The notes under the pieces: generated by a model
Seen by the model: only the letters and a program-made list of their open reading frames with translations
Database searches by the model: none
Told to the model about the DNA's origin: nothing
Position numbers and translations under genes: made by a program
NCBI GenBank assembly: GCA_017427775.1
Contig: JAFRSD010000024.1
Location: 25,808 to 89,807, forward strand
Source of the DNA: Lachnospiraceae bacterium
GTDB lineage: Bacteria > Bacillota > Clostridia > Lachnospirales > Lachnospiraceae
Reading direction: 5' to 3'
Length of the DNA: 64,000 nt
Part shown: positions 36,599 through 47,300 of the stretch, piece after piece
How positions within the stretch are numbered: the first letter of the stretch is position 1
Layout: each line of letters begins with the position of its first letter

Positions 36599-37528
36599 AT
36601 GGCTGATATCAGTGCTAGCATGGTAAAAGAGCTCCGTGAGATGACCGGAGCCGGTATGATGGATTGTAAGAAGGCACTTACCGCTACGAACGGTGACATG
36701 GACCAGGCAGTTACCTGGCTTCGTGAGAACGGTCTTGCAAAGGCTGCCAAGAAGGAAAGCAGAATCGCGGCCGAAGGCGTATGTGCTTGCTATATTTCCG
36801 ATGACAAGAAGACGGGTGCTATCGTAGAGGTTAACTCCGAGACCGACTTCGTTGCTAAGAACGAGAAGTTCACAAGCTTTGTTGCAAAGGTTGCCAAGAT
36901 GGCTGCCGAGACCGATGCCAAGTGCATCGACTGCTTCCTTGATTCCGCTTGGTGCGAGGACAGCAGCGTAACCGTTAAGGAGGCTCTTGCCAGCCTTGTT
37001 GCGGTTATCGGTGAGAAGCTTTCCATCCGTCGCTTCGAGAAGATCGTTACCGACGGTTTCGTAGTAGATTACATTCATAACGGCGGTAAGCTCGGCATCC
37101 TTGTTGAGATGGAAGGCGAGGCTACGGACGCTAACATTGAGTGCGCTAAGAACGTTGCAATGCAGGTTTGCGCAATGAAGCCTTCTTATGTAAGCCGCGA
37201 GGATATCCCCGCTGACTTCATTGCTTCCGAGACCGATATCATCACGAAGGAAGCTCTTAAGGAGAACGCTGAGAGCAACAAGCCGAAGCCCGAGAATATC
37301 GTTATCGAGCGTATCGTTCCCGGCCGTCTTGATAAGGAACTGAAGGAAATCTGCCTTGTTGACCAGGTTTACGTTAAGGATCAGGATATGACCGTTGCGA
37401 AGTATATCGCAAGCGTAAGCAAGGATCTTAAGGTTAAGAAGTTCGTTCGTTTCGAGACCGGTGAAGGTATGGAGAAGCGCGAAGAGAACTTCGCTGAGGA
37501 AGTTGCAAAGCAGATGGCAGGCAACTAA
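36599..37528 (+). CDS. tsf: translation elongation factor Ts
   Basis: ISASMVKELREMTGAGMMDCKKAL (UBA-like N-terminus), 309 aa. Confidence 0.95.
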   Translation: MADISASMVKELREMTGAGMMDCKKALTATNGDMDQAVTWLRENGLAKAAKKESRIAAEGVCACYISDDKKTGAIVEVNSETDFVAKNEKFTSFVAKVAKMAAETDAKCIDCFLDSAWCEDSSVTVKEALASLVAVIGEKLSIRRFEKIVTDGFVVDYIHNGGKLGILVEMEGEATDANIECAKNVAMQVCAMKPSYVSREDIPADFIASETDIITKEALKENAESNKPKPENIVIERIVPGRLDKELKEICLVDQVYVKDQDMTVAKYIASVSKDLKVKKFVRFETGEGMEKREENFAEEVAKQMAGN

Positions 37529-37552
37529 GCCGAAATTATATTGAGTTTACTG

Positions 37553-37586
37553 ACAGGGATGCCGATGAGGCGTCCCTGTTTTTTTA
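37553..37586 (+). terminator. rho-independent terminator after tsf
   Basis: ACAGGGA-tGCCgatgaGGCg-TCCCTGT followed by TTTTTTT. Confidence 0.85.
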
Positions 37587-37716
37587 TATGTCGCATCGGT
37601 TGATTTTGACAGGTTATTGTTATAGAATAACTAAGATAGTATGGAAGGACGATGGCGTCACCGAATCCGGAAACGGATGGAAACTGATTTAAGCGGAGCG
37701 ATATGAAGTCTTTGGG

Positions 37717-37745
37717 TTGAATTCTCCGAGGCTGTATGGTAAAAT
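37717..37745 (+). promoter_or_regulatory. sigma-A-type promoter for pyrH-frr
   Basis: TTGAAT (37717-37722), 17-nt spacer, TGg-TAAAAT (37740-37745). Confidence 0.65.
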
Positions 37746-37776
37746 CATTTTAGTTTGAAGAGACCGGGAGGCACGT

Positions 37777-38484
37777 ATGGGAAACTATAAACGCATCCTT
37801 TTGAAATTGAGCGGAGAAGCACTTGCCGGAGAGCAGGGATTCGGCTTCGATGAAGCCAATGTCATGACTGTCGGGAAGCAGATCAAGGAGCTCGTCGACC
37901 GCGGCGTACAGGTTGCGATCGTAATCGGCGGCGGCAATTTTATGAGAGGACGCGCGTGCAAGAGCATTGAAAGAACCAAAGCGGATTCCATCGGAATGTT
38001 AGCGACGGTTATGAACTGCATCTATGTTTCCGAAAGCCTTCGGAATCTCGGACTGAAGACGCAGGTGTTCACGCCATTTGCCTGCGGAACCTTTACGGAG
38101 CTTTTCTCGAAGGATAAGGCGATTGAAGCGCTGAATGACGGCAAAGTCGTATTCTGCGGAGGAGGGACAGGGCATCCCTACTTCTCGACCGATACCGGAA
38201 CATCGCTTCGCGCGATCGAACTCGAGTGCGACTGCATCGTAATGGCGAAGGCAGTGGACGGAATCTATGACAGCGATCCGGTACTGAATCCGAACGCGAA
38301 GAAATATGATTCCATCACCTACACGGAGATTCTGACGAAACAGCTGAAGGCCGTGGATCTGACCGCTTCCGTGCTCTGCATGGAGAATAAGATGCCGATG
38401 ATCCTGTTCGACCTGAATATCGAAAACAGCATCGTGAGAAACGTTTTGGAAGGCTGCACCGGAACGGTTGTCAGCAATGAATAA
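37777..38484 (+). CDS. pyrH: UMP kinase
   Basis: YKRILLKLSGEALAG, VIGGGNFMRG, GTGHPYFSTDT. Confidence 0.95.
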   Translation: MGNYKRILLKLSGEALAGEQGFGFDEANVMTVGKQIKELVDRGVQVAIVIGGGNFMRGRACKSIERTKADSIGMLATVMNCIYVSESLRNLGLKTQVFTPFACGTFTELFSKDKAIEALNDGKVVFCGGGTGHPYFSTDTGTSLRAIELECDCIVMAKAVDGIYDSDPVLNPNAKKYDSITYTEILTKQLKAVDLTASVLCMENKMPMILFDLNIENSIVRNVLEGCTGTVVSNE

Positions 38485-38516
38485 GGGTTTTACCCGATCA
38501 AAAGGAGTGTGACAGT

Positions 38517-39065
38517 ATGAACGAGATTTTAACCCCTTTCGAAGTTAAGATGAATAAGACGATGGACAATCTGAAAGAGGAGTATGCGAACATCCGCGCA
38601 GGACGTGCGAACCCGCATCTTCTTGATAAGATTAAAGTAGATTATTACGGAACCCCGACCGCTCTGCAGCAGGTTGCGAACATCTCGGTTCCGGAAGCAA
38701 GAATGATCGTGATCCAGCCCTGGGAATCCAGACTGATCCGTGACATTGAAAAGGCTATCCTCGCATCCGATATCGGTATCACCCCCGGCAATGACGGAAA
38801 GTGCATTCGTCTGATGTTCCCGGAGCTTACCGAGGATCGAAGAAAGGATCTTGCGAAGGATATTAAGAAGAAGGCCGAGGAAGCCAAGGTTGCCATCCGT
38901 AACATCCGCCGCGATGCGAATGATGCCATCAAGAAAGCCGGCAAGGAGATTTCCGAAGACGAAGTAAAGAAGATGGAAACGGACGCGCAGAAGATGACCG
39001 ACAAGTTCATTGAGGACATTGACAAGACCGCGGCCGACAAGACCAAGGAAATCATGACCGTATAA
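38517..39065 (+). CDS. frr: ribosome recycling factor
   Basis: 182 aa. RAGRANPHLLD, ISVPEARMIVIQPWE, LPELTEDRRKDL. Confidence 0.95.
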   Translation: MNEILTPFEVKMNKTMDNLKEEYANIRAGRANPHLLDKIKVDYYGTPTALQQVANISVPEARMIVIQPWESRLIRDIEKAILASDIGITPGNDGKCIRLMFPELTEDRRKDLAKDIKKKAEEAKVAIRNIRRDANDAIKKAGKEISEDEVKKMETDAQKMTDKFIEDIDKTAADKTKEIMTV

Positions 39066-39084
39066 TATTTGTCTGAAATCTGAG

Positions 39085-39111
39085 ATCGGGGCGTAGCATA
39101 TACGCCCCGAT
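39085..39111 (+). other. perfect 11-bp hairpin between frr and uppS (no U-tract)
   Basis: ATCGGGGCGTA (39085-39095), loop GCATA, TACGCCCCGAT (39101-39111). Confidence 0.6.
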
Positions 39112-39135
39112 TGTAGCATGATTTCCGGAGGAATT

Positions 39136-39852
39136 ATGGCTGAAAGCAAGGAATATAAGATCCCACGTCATGTGGCGATCATCATGGACGGAAACGGCCG
39201 CTGGGCGAAGAAACGTTTCTTGCCGAGAAAGGCCGGACATGTGCAGGGGAGCCGCGTCGCAGAGCAGATCTGTGAGGACGCATACGATCTCGGGATCGAA
39301 TATCTGACGTATTACGCGTTCTCCACGGAGAACTGGTCGAGGCCGCAGGACGAAGTGGACGCGCTGATGAACCTGCTTCGCAAATATATGAAGGACAGTA
39401 TTGAACGAAGCAGCAAAAACAACATGCGCGTACGCGTGATCGGTGACATTTCGGCTTTGGCGCCTGACCTGCAGGAGAGTATCCGAAAACTTGAAGAAGT
39501 CTCGGCATCGAACACCGGACTCAAGTTCCAGGTTGCCATCAATTACGGCGGCCGCGACGAGATACTGCGGGCTGTCCGCAAAGCAGCCGAGAAGGTGAAA
39601 GAGGGCGAGTTACAGCCCGAAGAAATTAACGAAGAGGTTTTCTACGGATTCTTTGATACCGCGGGGATTCCGTATCCGGATCTGATGATCCGCACAAGCG
39701 GGGAGATGCGCACGAGCAATTTCCTGCCCTGGCAGTTAGCATATTCGGAGTTCTATTTTACGGATGTGCTGTGGCCGGATTTCAATAAAAAAGAATTAAA
39801 GAAGGCTTTGGACTTCTATAATGGCAGGGATCGCCGGTTCGGCGGTGTCTGA
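39136..39852 (+). CDS. uppS: isoprenyl transferase (undecaprenyl-diphosphate synthase)
   Basis: IPRHVAIIMDGNGRWAK, YAFSTENWSRP, RTSGEMRTSNFLPWQ. The start at 39136 follows GGAGGA. Confidence 0.93.
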   Translation: MAESKEYKIPRHVAIIMDGNGRWAKKRFLPRKAGHVQGSRVAEQICEDAYDLGIEYLTYYAFSTENWSRPQDEVDALMNLLRKYMKDSIERSSKNNMRVRVIGDISALAPDLQESIRKLEEVSASNTGLKFQVAINYGGRDEILRAVRKAAEKVKEGELQPEEINEEVFYGFFDTAGIPYPDLMIRTSGEMRTSNFLPWQLAYSEFYFTDVLWPDFNKKELKKALDFYNGRDRRFGGV

Positions 39853-39894
39853 CGGTTGGAGAAAGGACCGGCTCGGGCCGGCAGGTTTTGGTTC

Positions 39895-40701
39895 ATGTTA
39901 AAACGTACTTTGAGCGGAGCAGTGCTGATTGCCGTTGCATTTGCCGCTTTCTATTTCGGCGGATATGTTCTGCTCGGAATCACTTTGTTTCTTTCCATTC
40001 TCGGAATGTTCGAACTGTTCCGGGTATTCGAAATGCAGAAATCGCCGCATGCATTTCTCGGATATACTGCTGCGGTTGCTTATGATGCGTCGCTACTTCT
40101 GAAAGATTCCGAGAAGTATTTCATCCCGGGGCTTTGTATCTTCCTGATCCTGACGCTTATCATCTATGTGCTTTCGTTCCCGAACGTTAAGGCGGCAAAG
40201 GCGATATGCGTACCGTTCGTATTCCTGTATGTGGCATTTCTGTTCGGTTTCCTGTACCGGATCCGTGTATTGGACGGCGGCGTGTATCTTGTATGGATCG
40301 TACTCCTCGGTGCATGGGGAAGCGACACATTTGCCTACCTTGCGGGCGTTCTCCTCGGAAAGCATAAAGCGTTTCCGAGACTCAGCCCGAAGAAGACGTG
40401 GGAAGGATGCGTCGGCGGCGTACTCGGCGCTTCGATCCTGTGCGGCGTATACGGGCTTTGCCTTTCCGATAAGCTTCCTTCGTTCGATCCGCTGCCTGCA
40501 TGGGCGGCGCTCGCGATCGTAGGCGCTTGTTCCGCGGTCCTTTCAATGTTCGGCGACCTGACGGCCTCCGCGATCAAGAGAGACCACGGCGTGAAGGATT
40601 ACGGCAGACTGATCCCCGGGCACGGCGGCGTTATGGACCGTTTCGACAGCGTTCTGTTCACCGCGCCCGCAGTTTATCTGCTGATCACGGCTTTATTGTA
40701 G
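39895..40701 (+). CDS. cdsA: phosphatidate cytidylyltransferase
   Basis: Multi-pass membrane protein with SPKKTWEG and GHGGVMDRFDS signature motifs. The start is uncertain: ATG 39895 or TTG 39856. Confidence 0.88.
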   Translation: MLKRTLSGAVLIAVAFAAFYFGGYVLLGITLFLSILGMFELFRVFEMQKSPHAFLGYTAAVAYDASLLLKDSEKYFIPGLCIFLILTLIIYVLSFPNVKAAKAICVPFVFLYVAFLFGFLYRIRVLDGGVYLVWIVLLGAWGSDTFAYLAGVLLGKHKAFPRLSPKKTWEGCVGGVLGASILCGVYGLCLSDKLPSFDPLPAWAALAIVGACSAVLSMFGDLTASAIKRDHGVKDYGRLIPGHGGVMDRFDSVLFTAPAVYLLITALL

Positions 40702-40765
40702 GATTCCGGCCGGTTCCTGCCGGCACATGAATTACCGGCCGTTTCGGTCCGGTGTGAGGGTATTT

Positions 40766-41935
40766 ATGAAACATCTGGGAATATTCGGTTCAACCGGTTC
40801 AATCGGAACTCAGACTTTGGAAATCGTTCGGGATTATCCGGACGATTTTCGTGTTGAAATACTTGCGGTTTCGGGCAATGTCGAAAAGCTCGAGCAGCAG
40901 ATCCGCGAGTTCCGTCCGAAGAAGGTTTGCGTATACCGGGAAGAGGCATATCTTGATCTGAAGAACCGTATCGCGGACCTTGACGGAATCGAAGTATATA
41001 CAGGCATGGAAGGACTTCTTACCTGCGCTTCGGACCCCTGTTACGACACGATGGTTGCAGCGGTTGTAGGAATGATCGGCATTCTTCCGACGATGGCGGC
41101 GATCCGTGCCGGCAAATGTGTCGCTCTTGCCAATAAGGAGACGCTTGTTACGGCGGGACATTTGATCATGCCGATGTTAAAGGAATACCATACCGATCTC
41201 TATCCGGTTGACAGTGAGCATTCCGCAATCTTCCAGTCCTTGCAGGGACTTCCCTATAACGGGCCTGTTTCCGACGGCAATCCCGCGATCAAGAGAATCC
41301 TTCTGACAGCATCGGGCGGACCGTTCCGCGGCCGTACGCTTGCCGAAATGAAGAATTATACCGTAGAGGACGCGCTTCGCCATCCGAATTGGGCAATGGG
41401 ACAAAAAATTACCATTGACAGTGCTACAATGGTAAATAAAGGACTGGAAATGATGGAAGCAAGGTGGCTTTTCGGGGTGGAACCCGAGCAGATCACCGTG
41501 CTGATCCATCCGCAGAGCATTCTGCACAGTGCCGTGGAGTTTACGGACGGGGCTGTGATCGGACAGATGGGTATGCCCGACATGAAGCTGCCGATCCAGT
41601 ATGCTTTGTTCTATCCGGAGCGAAAGAAGATGACGGCTAAGCCGTTAGATCTGTTTCAGGTCGCGGATCTGCACTTCGAGAAGCCCGATTTGGTGAATTT
41701 CCCGGCATTTGCCGCCGCACGTGACGTCATGAAGACCGGAGGAACACTTCCCACGGTCTACAATGCCGCCAATGAATACGCCGTTTCCAGATTTCTCCAC
41801 AGGGAGATCGGTTTTACCGAGATCGGCGACATGATCCTGAAGGCAGTTTCGAGACATACGGTGATCCCGAATCCCGATACCGAAACAATCCTTCAGACGG
41901 AAAAGGATACGGTTTCGTATTTGAAGACACTTTAA
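40766..41935 (+). CDS. dxr: 1-deoxy-D-xylulose-5-phosphate reductoisomerase
   Basis: MKHLGIFGSTGSIGTQTL, LANKETLV, DSEHSAIFQ, NKGLEMMEA. ATG 40766 follows GTGAGGG. Confidence 0.95.
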   Translation: MKHLGIFGSTGSIGTQTLEIVRDYPDDFRVEILAVSGNVEKLEQQIREFRPKKVCVYREEAYLDLKNRIADLDGIEVYTGMEGLLTCASDPCYDTMVAAVVGMIGILPTMAAIRAGKCVALANKETLVTAGHLIMPMLKEYHTDLYPVDSEHSAIFQSLQGLPYNGPVSDGNPAIKRILLTASGGPFRGRTLAEMKNYTVEDALRHPNWAMGQKITIDSATMVNKGLEMMEARWLFGVEPEQITVLIHPQSILHSAVEFTDGAVIGQMGMPDMKLPIQYALFYPERKKMTAKPLDLFQVADLHFEKPDLVNFPAFAAARDVMKTGGTLPTVYNAANEYAVSRFLHREIGFTEIGDMILKAVSRHTVIPNPDTETILQTEKDTVSYLKTL

Positions 41936-41956
41936 GAAAGGTGATTGTCTTAAGAC

Positions 41957-43279
41957 ATGCATAAACTTGTTGAAATCCTGATTGCGATCATTATGATCGG
42001 AATCGTGATCGTTGTTCACGAATTCGGACATTTTCTGCTTGCGAAAGTGAACGGCGTTGTCGTAAAGGAGTTCTCGGTCGGAATGGGGCCGCGGCTTCTT
42101 TCGAAGAAGATCAAAGGAACAATTTATTCGCTGAAGCTGCTGCCGTTCGGCGGTTCCTGCCAGATGCTCGGCGAGATAGAAGGCGAAGATGAGGGAGCCG
42201 AGGGTTCGTTCGGCTCGAAATCGGTCTGGAAGCGGATCAGTATTATTATTGCCGGACCGCTGTTTAACTTCCTGCTGGCATTTGTCCTTTCTCTTGTCAT
42301 CCTGAACATCATCGGGTATGACCGCTGCTTCGTCTATGACGTCAGCGAAGAAGTGGCGGAGGCAACGGGACTTCAGGAAGACGATGTCATCGTGAAATAT
42401 CAGGGGCATAATATCCGTGTTGGCCGTGAGCTCAGCATGTATGAGATGCTTGACGGCATCAGCTCGAAGGATATTACCATCACATACGTGCGTGACGGCA
42501 AGAAGTACACGAAGACCTATTCGCCTCTGAAGGATGCCCGCTATTATATCGGGATCCGGTACCAGCTGAACGGCGATCTTGCCGGAAACGGGCCGATGAC
42601 GCTTACCGAGGTCGTTAAGAACGGAGCGGCTGCCAAGGCAGGACTCCAGAAGGACGACGTGATCGTGGGCATTAACGGTACGGCTGTGGCAAATGTGGAC
42701 GAATTTGTCGCGTATACCGAGGAGTATCCGTTCTCGAATGAGGAGATTACCATCGAATACGAGCGGAACGGTTCACGCTATACGACGAAGCTTGTTCCGA
42801 AGTTCGATGAGGTGTATTCGCTCGGATTTAATTACAACGTCAACTACCGCGAGAAGATCGGTTTCTTTAAGTCGCTGAAGTACGGACGCGTCGAAGTGGA
42901 GTACTGGATCAAGTCCGTGATCAAGAGTCTCGGCTATATGCTTCGCGGCAAAGCATCCGCGGACGATCTCGGCGGTCCGGTGCGTGTGGTCAGTGAGATG
43001 ACCAACGTGATGGATACGAGTTATAAGAGTGACGGACTGCTGTATGCATTCCTGAACCTTTTGAACTGGACGATCCTGCTGTCCGCAAACCTCGGCGTCA
43101 TGAACCTGCTGCCGATTCCGGCTCTGGACGGCGGACGGCTTCTCATCTACATCATTGAAGTAATTCGCGGCAAGAAGATGAAGCCCGAGCATGAAGGAAT
43201 GATCAATTTCATCGGATTTGTCCTTCTGATGATCCTGATGGTATTTATCCTGTTCAATGATATCAGAAACGTTTTTTAA
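41957..43279 (+). CDS. rseP: RIP metalloprotease RseP (site-2 protease)
   Basis: HEFGHF zinc motif in the first TM helix, PDZ region, and LLPIPALDGG motif. Confidence 0.92.
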   Translation: MHKLVEILIAIIMIGIVIVVHEFGHFLLAKVNGVVVKEFSVGMGPRLLSKKIKGTIYSLKLLPFGGSCQMLGEIEGEDEGAEGSFGSKSVWKRISIIIAGPLFNFLLAFVLSLVILNIIGYDRCFVYDVSEEVAEATGLQEDDVIVKYQGHNIRVGRELSMYEMLDGISSKDITITYVRDGKKYTKTYSPLKDARYYIGIRYQLNGDLAGNGPMTLTEVVKNGAAAKAGLQKDDVIVGINGTAVANVDEFVAYTEEYPFSNEEITIEYERNGSRYTTKLVPKFDEVYSLGFNYNVNYREKIGFFKSLKYGRVEVEYWIKSVIKSLGYMLRGKASADDLGGPVRVVSEMTNVMDTSYKSDGLLYAFLNLLNWTILLSANLGVMNLLPIPALDGGRLLIYIIEVIRGKKMKPEHEGMINFIGFVLLMILMVFILFNDIRNVF

Positions 43280-43306
43280 TCAGTTGCTTTACGGGAGTGT
43301 AACAAA

Positions 43307-44371
43307 ATGGAGTACCGCAATCATACGAAAGTGATCCGCATCGGCAACCGGGTGATCGGAGGAGGCAATCCGGTCCTCATTCAGTCGATGTGCAATACGA
43401 AAACCGAGGATGTTGAGGCGACTGTCGCGCAGATCAACCGCCTTGCCGCGCTTGGCTGCGATATTATCCGTGTGGCGATTCCCGGCATGGAAGCAGCTGA
43501 AGCCGTTAAGGAAATTAAAAAGCAGATCACGATCCCGCTTGTTGCTGATATCCATTTCGATTACCGGCTTGCGATCGCGGCAATCGAAGCGGGAGCGGAC
43601 AAGATCCGTATCAATCCCGGCAATATCGGCGGACCGGAGCGGATTGACGCGGTAGCAGCCTGCGCAAAGGAGCATGGGATACCGATCCGCGTCGGCGTAA
43701 ACAGCGGTTCTCTTGAGAAGCATATCATTGAAAAATACGGTCATGTGACTGCGGAAGGCATTGTCGAAAGCGCTCTTGATAAGGTGAAAGCACTTGAAGA
43801 CTGTGATTTTCACGATATCGTGATCAGCGTAAAATCGTCTGATGTCATGATGTCGATCCGCGCGCACGAGCTGCTCGCGAAAGCAACGGATTACCCGCTT
43901 CATGTGGGAATCACGGAGGCCGGCACCGCATTTGCCGGCAATATCAAATCGGCTGTCGGTATCGGCAATATTCTTTACCAGGGCATCGGCGACACGATCC
44001 GCGTATCGCTGACGGATCGCCCCGAGGAGGAAGTGAAGAGCGCCAAGGCGATTCTTGCAGCGCTCGGTATGCGCCGTTCCGGCATCGAACTTGTTTCCTG
44101 TCCGACCTGCGGGCGTACGCAGATCGACCTGATCGGACTCGCGAAGCAGGTGGAGGAACTGGTTGCCGGCTATGATTATCCGATCAAAGTGGCGGTTATG
44201 GGCTGCCCCGTGAACGGACCCGGAGAGGCGAGAGAAGCGGACCTCGGGATTGCCGGCGGCAAAGGAGAAGGCATTTTGTTTAAAAAAGGGGAGATTCTCC
44301 GGAAAGTACCGGAGGATTGCCTTTTAGAGGAACTGAAGAAGGAACTGGACCTTTACGGAAAGGCTTTTTAG
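43307..44371 (+). CDS. ispG: 4-hydroxy-3-methylbut-2-enyl-diphosphate synthase
   Basis: [22 protein letters not shown], and the C-terminal Fe-S ligands CPTCGRT...GCPVNGPGE. Confidence 0.95.
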   Translation: MEYRNHTKVIRIGNRVIGGGNPVLIQSMCNTKTEDVEATVAQINRLAALGCDIIRVAIPGMEAAEAVKEIKKQITIPLVADIHFDYRLAIAAIEAGADKIRINPGNIGGPERIDAVAACAKEHGIPIRVGVNSGSLEKHIIEKYGHVTAEGIVESALDKVKALEDCDFHDIVISVKSSDVMMSIRAHELLAKATDYPLHVGITEAGTAFAGNIKSAVGIGNILYQGIGDTIRVSLTDRPEEEVKSAKAILAALGMRRSGIELVSCPTCGRTQIDLIGLAKQVEELVAGYDYPIKVAVMGCPVNGPGEAREADLGIAGGKGEGILFKKGEILRKVPEDCLLEELKKELDLYGKAF

Positions 44372-47300
44372 ATGAAGTTATTGGAAGTTTTCGAGAATCT
44401 CCGTCTGGATTATAAGACAGAGTCTCTTTTTCATGAGTGTGAGGTTACCGGCGTCTCGATGCAGAAGAACCGCAAGACGATCCTGGTCAATCTCGAATCG
44501 GAAGAACTGATCGGACCGGCGTATATGTATGTACTGAAAGACGCGCTGCACGAGCAGTTCTTTTATGACAGCGGCTGTGAGACCGAAGTTACGGTCAGTT
44601 ATCCGAAATACCGCGATCGGAACATCTGCGATATTTGGAGTGATGTAAAGAATTATATCAATGAACTTATTCTGGTTCGCGATCATCTGGACGGCGTATG
44701 CCTTCGGGAAGCGGAATTTGAGCCGGAAGCGGAAAGCATCCGGGTTACGCTTCCGGATTACAACGTTACAAGAGCGAGAAAGCAGGCTTTTATCGACGAA
44801 GTCGGAAAAGCCGTATCCGATCTTACCGGACGGCCCTGCAATGTCGTTCTCGGATTTAAGGAGAGGCAGCCCTCGGAAGAATTCGAAGAGGATGAACCGC
44901 TGTTAACGGTTGCCGAATTCCTCGCGAGAAACGAAGCCGCAAGGGCGAAGGCGGAGAGTAAGAAGCGCGCGGGAGAGAAGCCTAAGGACCTGCAGCCGAA
45001 AAAGCCCGTTGAGAAGCAGGAGGAGAAGCCTGCTGACCAGGGCGATAAGAAATACCGAAAGGCTGTTCCGCAGGATCCTGACATTTTCTTCGGAAAAGCG
45101 TTTCAGATCGACCGCGTCATGCAGATTTGCGATATTCAGGACGAGATCGGGGATGTCATCATCGCCGGGCAGATCATTTTCTATGAAAAGCGGCAGCTGA
45201 AATCCGGCGACCGCTATCTTGTCATACTCAACGTGACGGACTTCACGGACACCATCTCGGTAAAACTGTTTGTTAAGGATGACCGCATCGCGGAGCTTGA
45301 AGGCGAACTGAAGACCGGCAAATTCATCCTGCTGAAGGGCGTAGCTGTATTCGACCGCTTTGACCATGAGGTCGGCATCAGCAGCGTTGTCGGTATCCGC
45401 AGATACCATGACACCCGTGCAAAACGCATGGATTTCGCCGAGAAGAAGCGTGTCGAACTGCATGCCCATACGAAAATGTCCGATATGGATGCCGTTACCG
45501 AGACCGAACAGTTTGTAAAGAGGGCGTTCGAGTGGGGACATCCGGCTGTTGCGATCACCGATCATGGCGTCGTGCAGTCTTTTGTTGATGCTTTCCACGC
45601 GATCGATCCGAAGAAACTCGGTGATGACCCCGAGATTCAGGAACGCTTCAAGAAATTCAAGATTATCTACGGTTGTGAAGGCTATATTGTTGACGATGAG
45701 GCGGTTACGAAAGAGGACGGAAGCCCGCTTGACCTCGAAGAGGACAAGGAAACCATTCGGAAACTGCCGTATTATCACATTATCCTTCTCGCGAAGAACG
45801 ATATCGGCCGCGTGAATCTGTATCGTCTTGTTTCCCTGTCGCATCTCGAGTATTTTTACCCGACCAAAACCGGCCGTCCGAGAATCCCGAAGAGTCTTCT
45901 TCGGAAGTACCGTGAAGGAATCATCGTCGGTTCCGCCTGCGAGCAGGGCGAGCTGTTCCGTGCCATCATCAACGAAAAGCCCGAAGAAGAACTTCGCCGG
46001 ATCCGCGATTTCTACGATTACTATGAGATCCAGCCGATCGGAAATAACGAATTCCTTATCCGGGATGAGAAATTTCCGAAGATCACGAACGAAAAGGACC
46101 TTCAGGAGATCAATGCGAGAATCGTTCAGCTTGCGGACGAGGACGGAAAGCTCTGCGTTGCGACCTGCGACGTGCATTTTCTGAATCCGGAGGATGAGAT
46201 TTACCGTCGTATCATTATGGCCGGAAAAGGTTTCGCCGACGCCGACCGCCAGCCTCCGCTTTATTTCCGCACCACTGAGGAAATGCTTGACGAGTTTACG
46301 TATCTCGGGCGTCAGAAGGCCTACGAGGTTGTTGTCGAGAACACGAACCGTATCAATGATATGATCGAGCGGATCAAACCGGTCCGCCCGGACAAATGCC
46401 CGCCCGTCATCGAGAATTCCGACCGGGATCTTCGTGATATGTGCTACAATACCGCGCATTCGATGTACGGCGATAATCTTCCCGTGCAGGTTTCTGAGCG
46501 CCTTGAGAAGGAACTGCAGTCCATCATCAAGAACGGATTTGCCGTTATGTATATCATCGCGCAGCGACTTGTAAAACACTCGAATGAAGACGGTTACATG
46601 GTGGGCTCCCGAGGTTCCGTCGGCTCGTCCTTTGTTGCGACAATGTCCGGAATTACCGAGGTTAACCCGCTTCCGGCGCATTATTACTGCCCGAAGTGCC
46701 ATTATTATGATTTTGATTCGGACGAGGTCAAGGCATTTGCCCAGAAATCGGGCTTTGATATGCCCGACAAGAACTGTCCCGTATGCGGCACGCCGTTAAA
46801 GAAGGACGGGCAGAACATTCCGTTCGAGACGTTCCTCGGTTTTAAGGGCGACAAGGAGCCTGATATTGACCTGAACTTCTCAGGTGATAACCAGTCGGAA
46901 GCGCACGCGTATACCGAAGTGCTGTTTGGCAAAGGACATACGTTCCGTGCCGGTACCGTTGCGAGCGTTGCTGAGAATACCGCTTTCGGCTTCGTTAAGA
47001 AGTATTACGAAGACCGCGGCATCCATAAAAGAAGTGCAGAGATCGGCCGTCTGATCCTCGGCTGCGCCGGCGTCAAGCGTTCGACGGGACAGCATCCCGG
47101 CGGAATCGTCGTATTGCCGCACGGCGAGGAAATTTACTCCTTTACGCCCGTTCAGAAGCCGGCAAATGATAACGATACCGACACGATCACGACGCATTTC
47201 GATTATCATAAGATCGACCATAACCTGCTGAAACTGGACATTCTCGGACATGATGATCCGACGATGGTGCGTTTCCTTGAGGATCTGACCGGCATTCCCG

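Noticed and set aside
37641-37706. 21-codon ORF (MEGRWRHRIRKRMETDLSGAI) in the tsf-pyrH spacer
   Set aside because: It has no Shine-Dalgarno sequence and an Arg-rich composition typical of random GC-rich frames. It is mentioned only as context for the tandem promoters.
44903-46702. 599-aa minus-strand ORF inside polC
   Set aside because: It is antisense to an uninterrupted polC frame with many diagnostic motifs.
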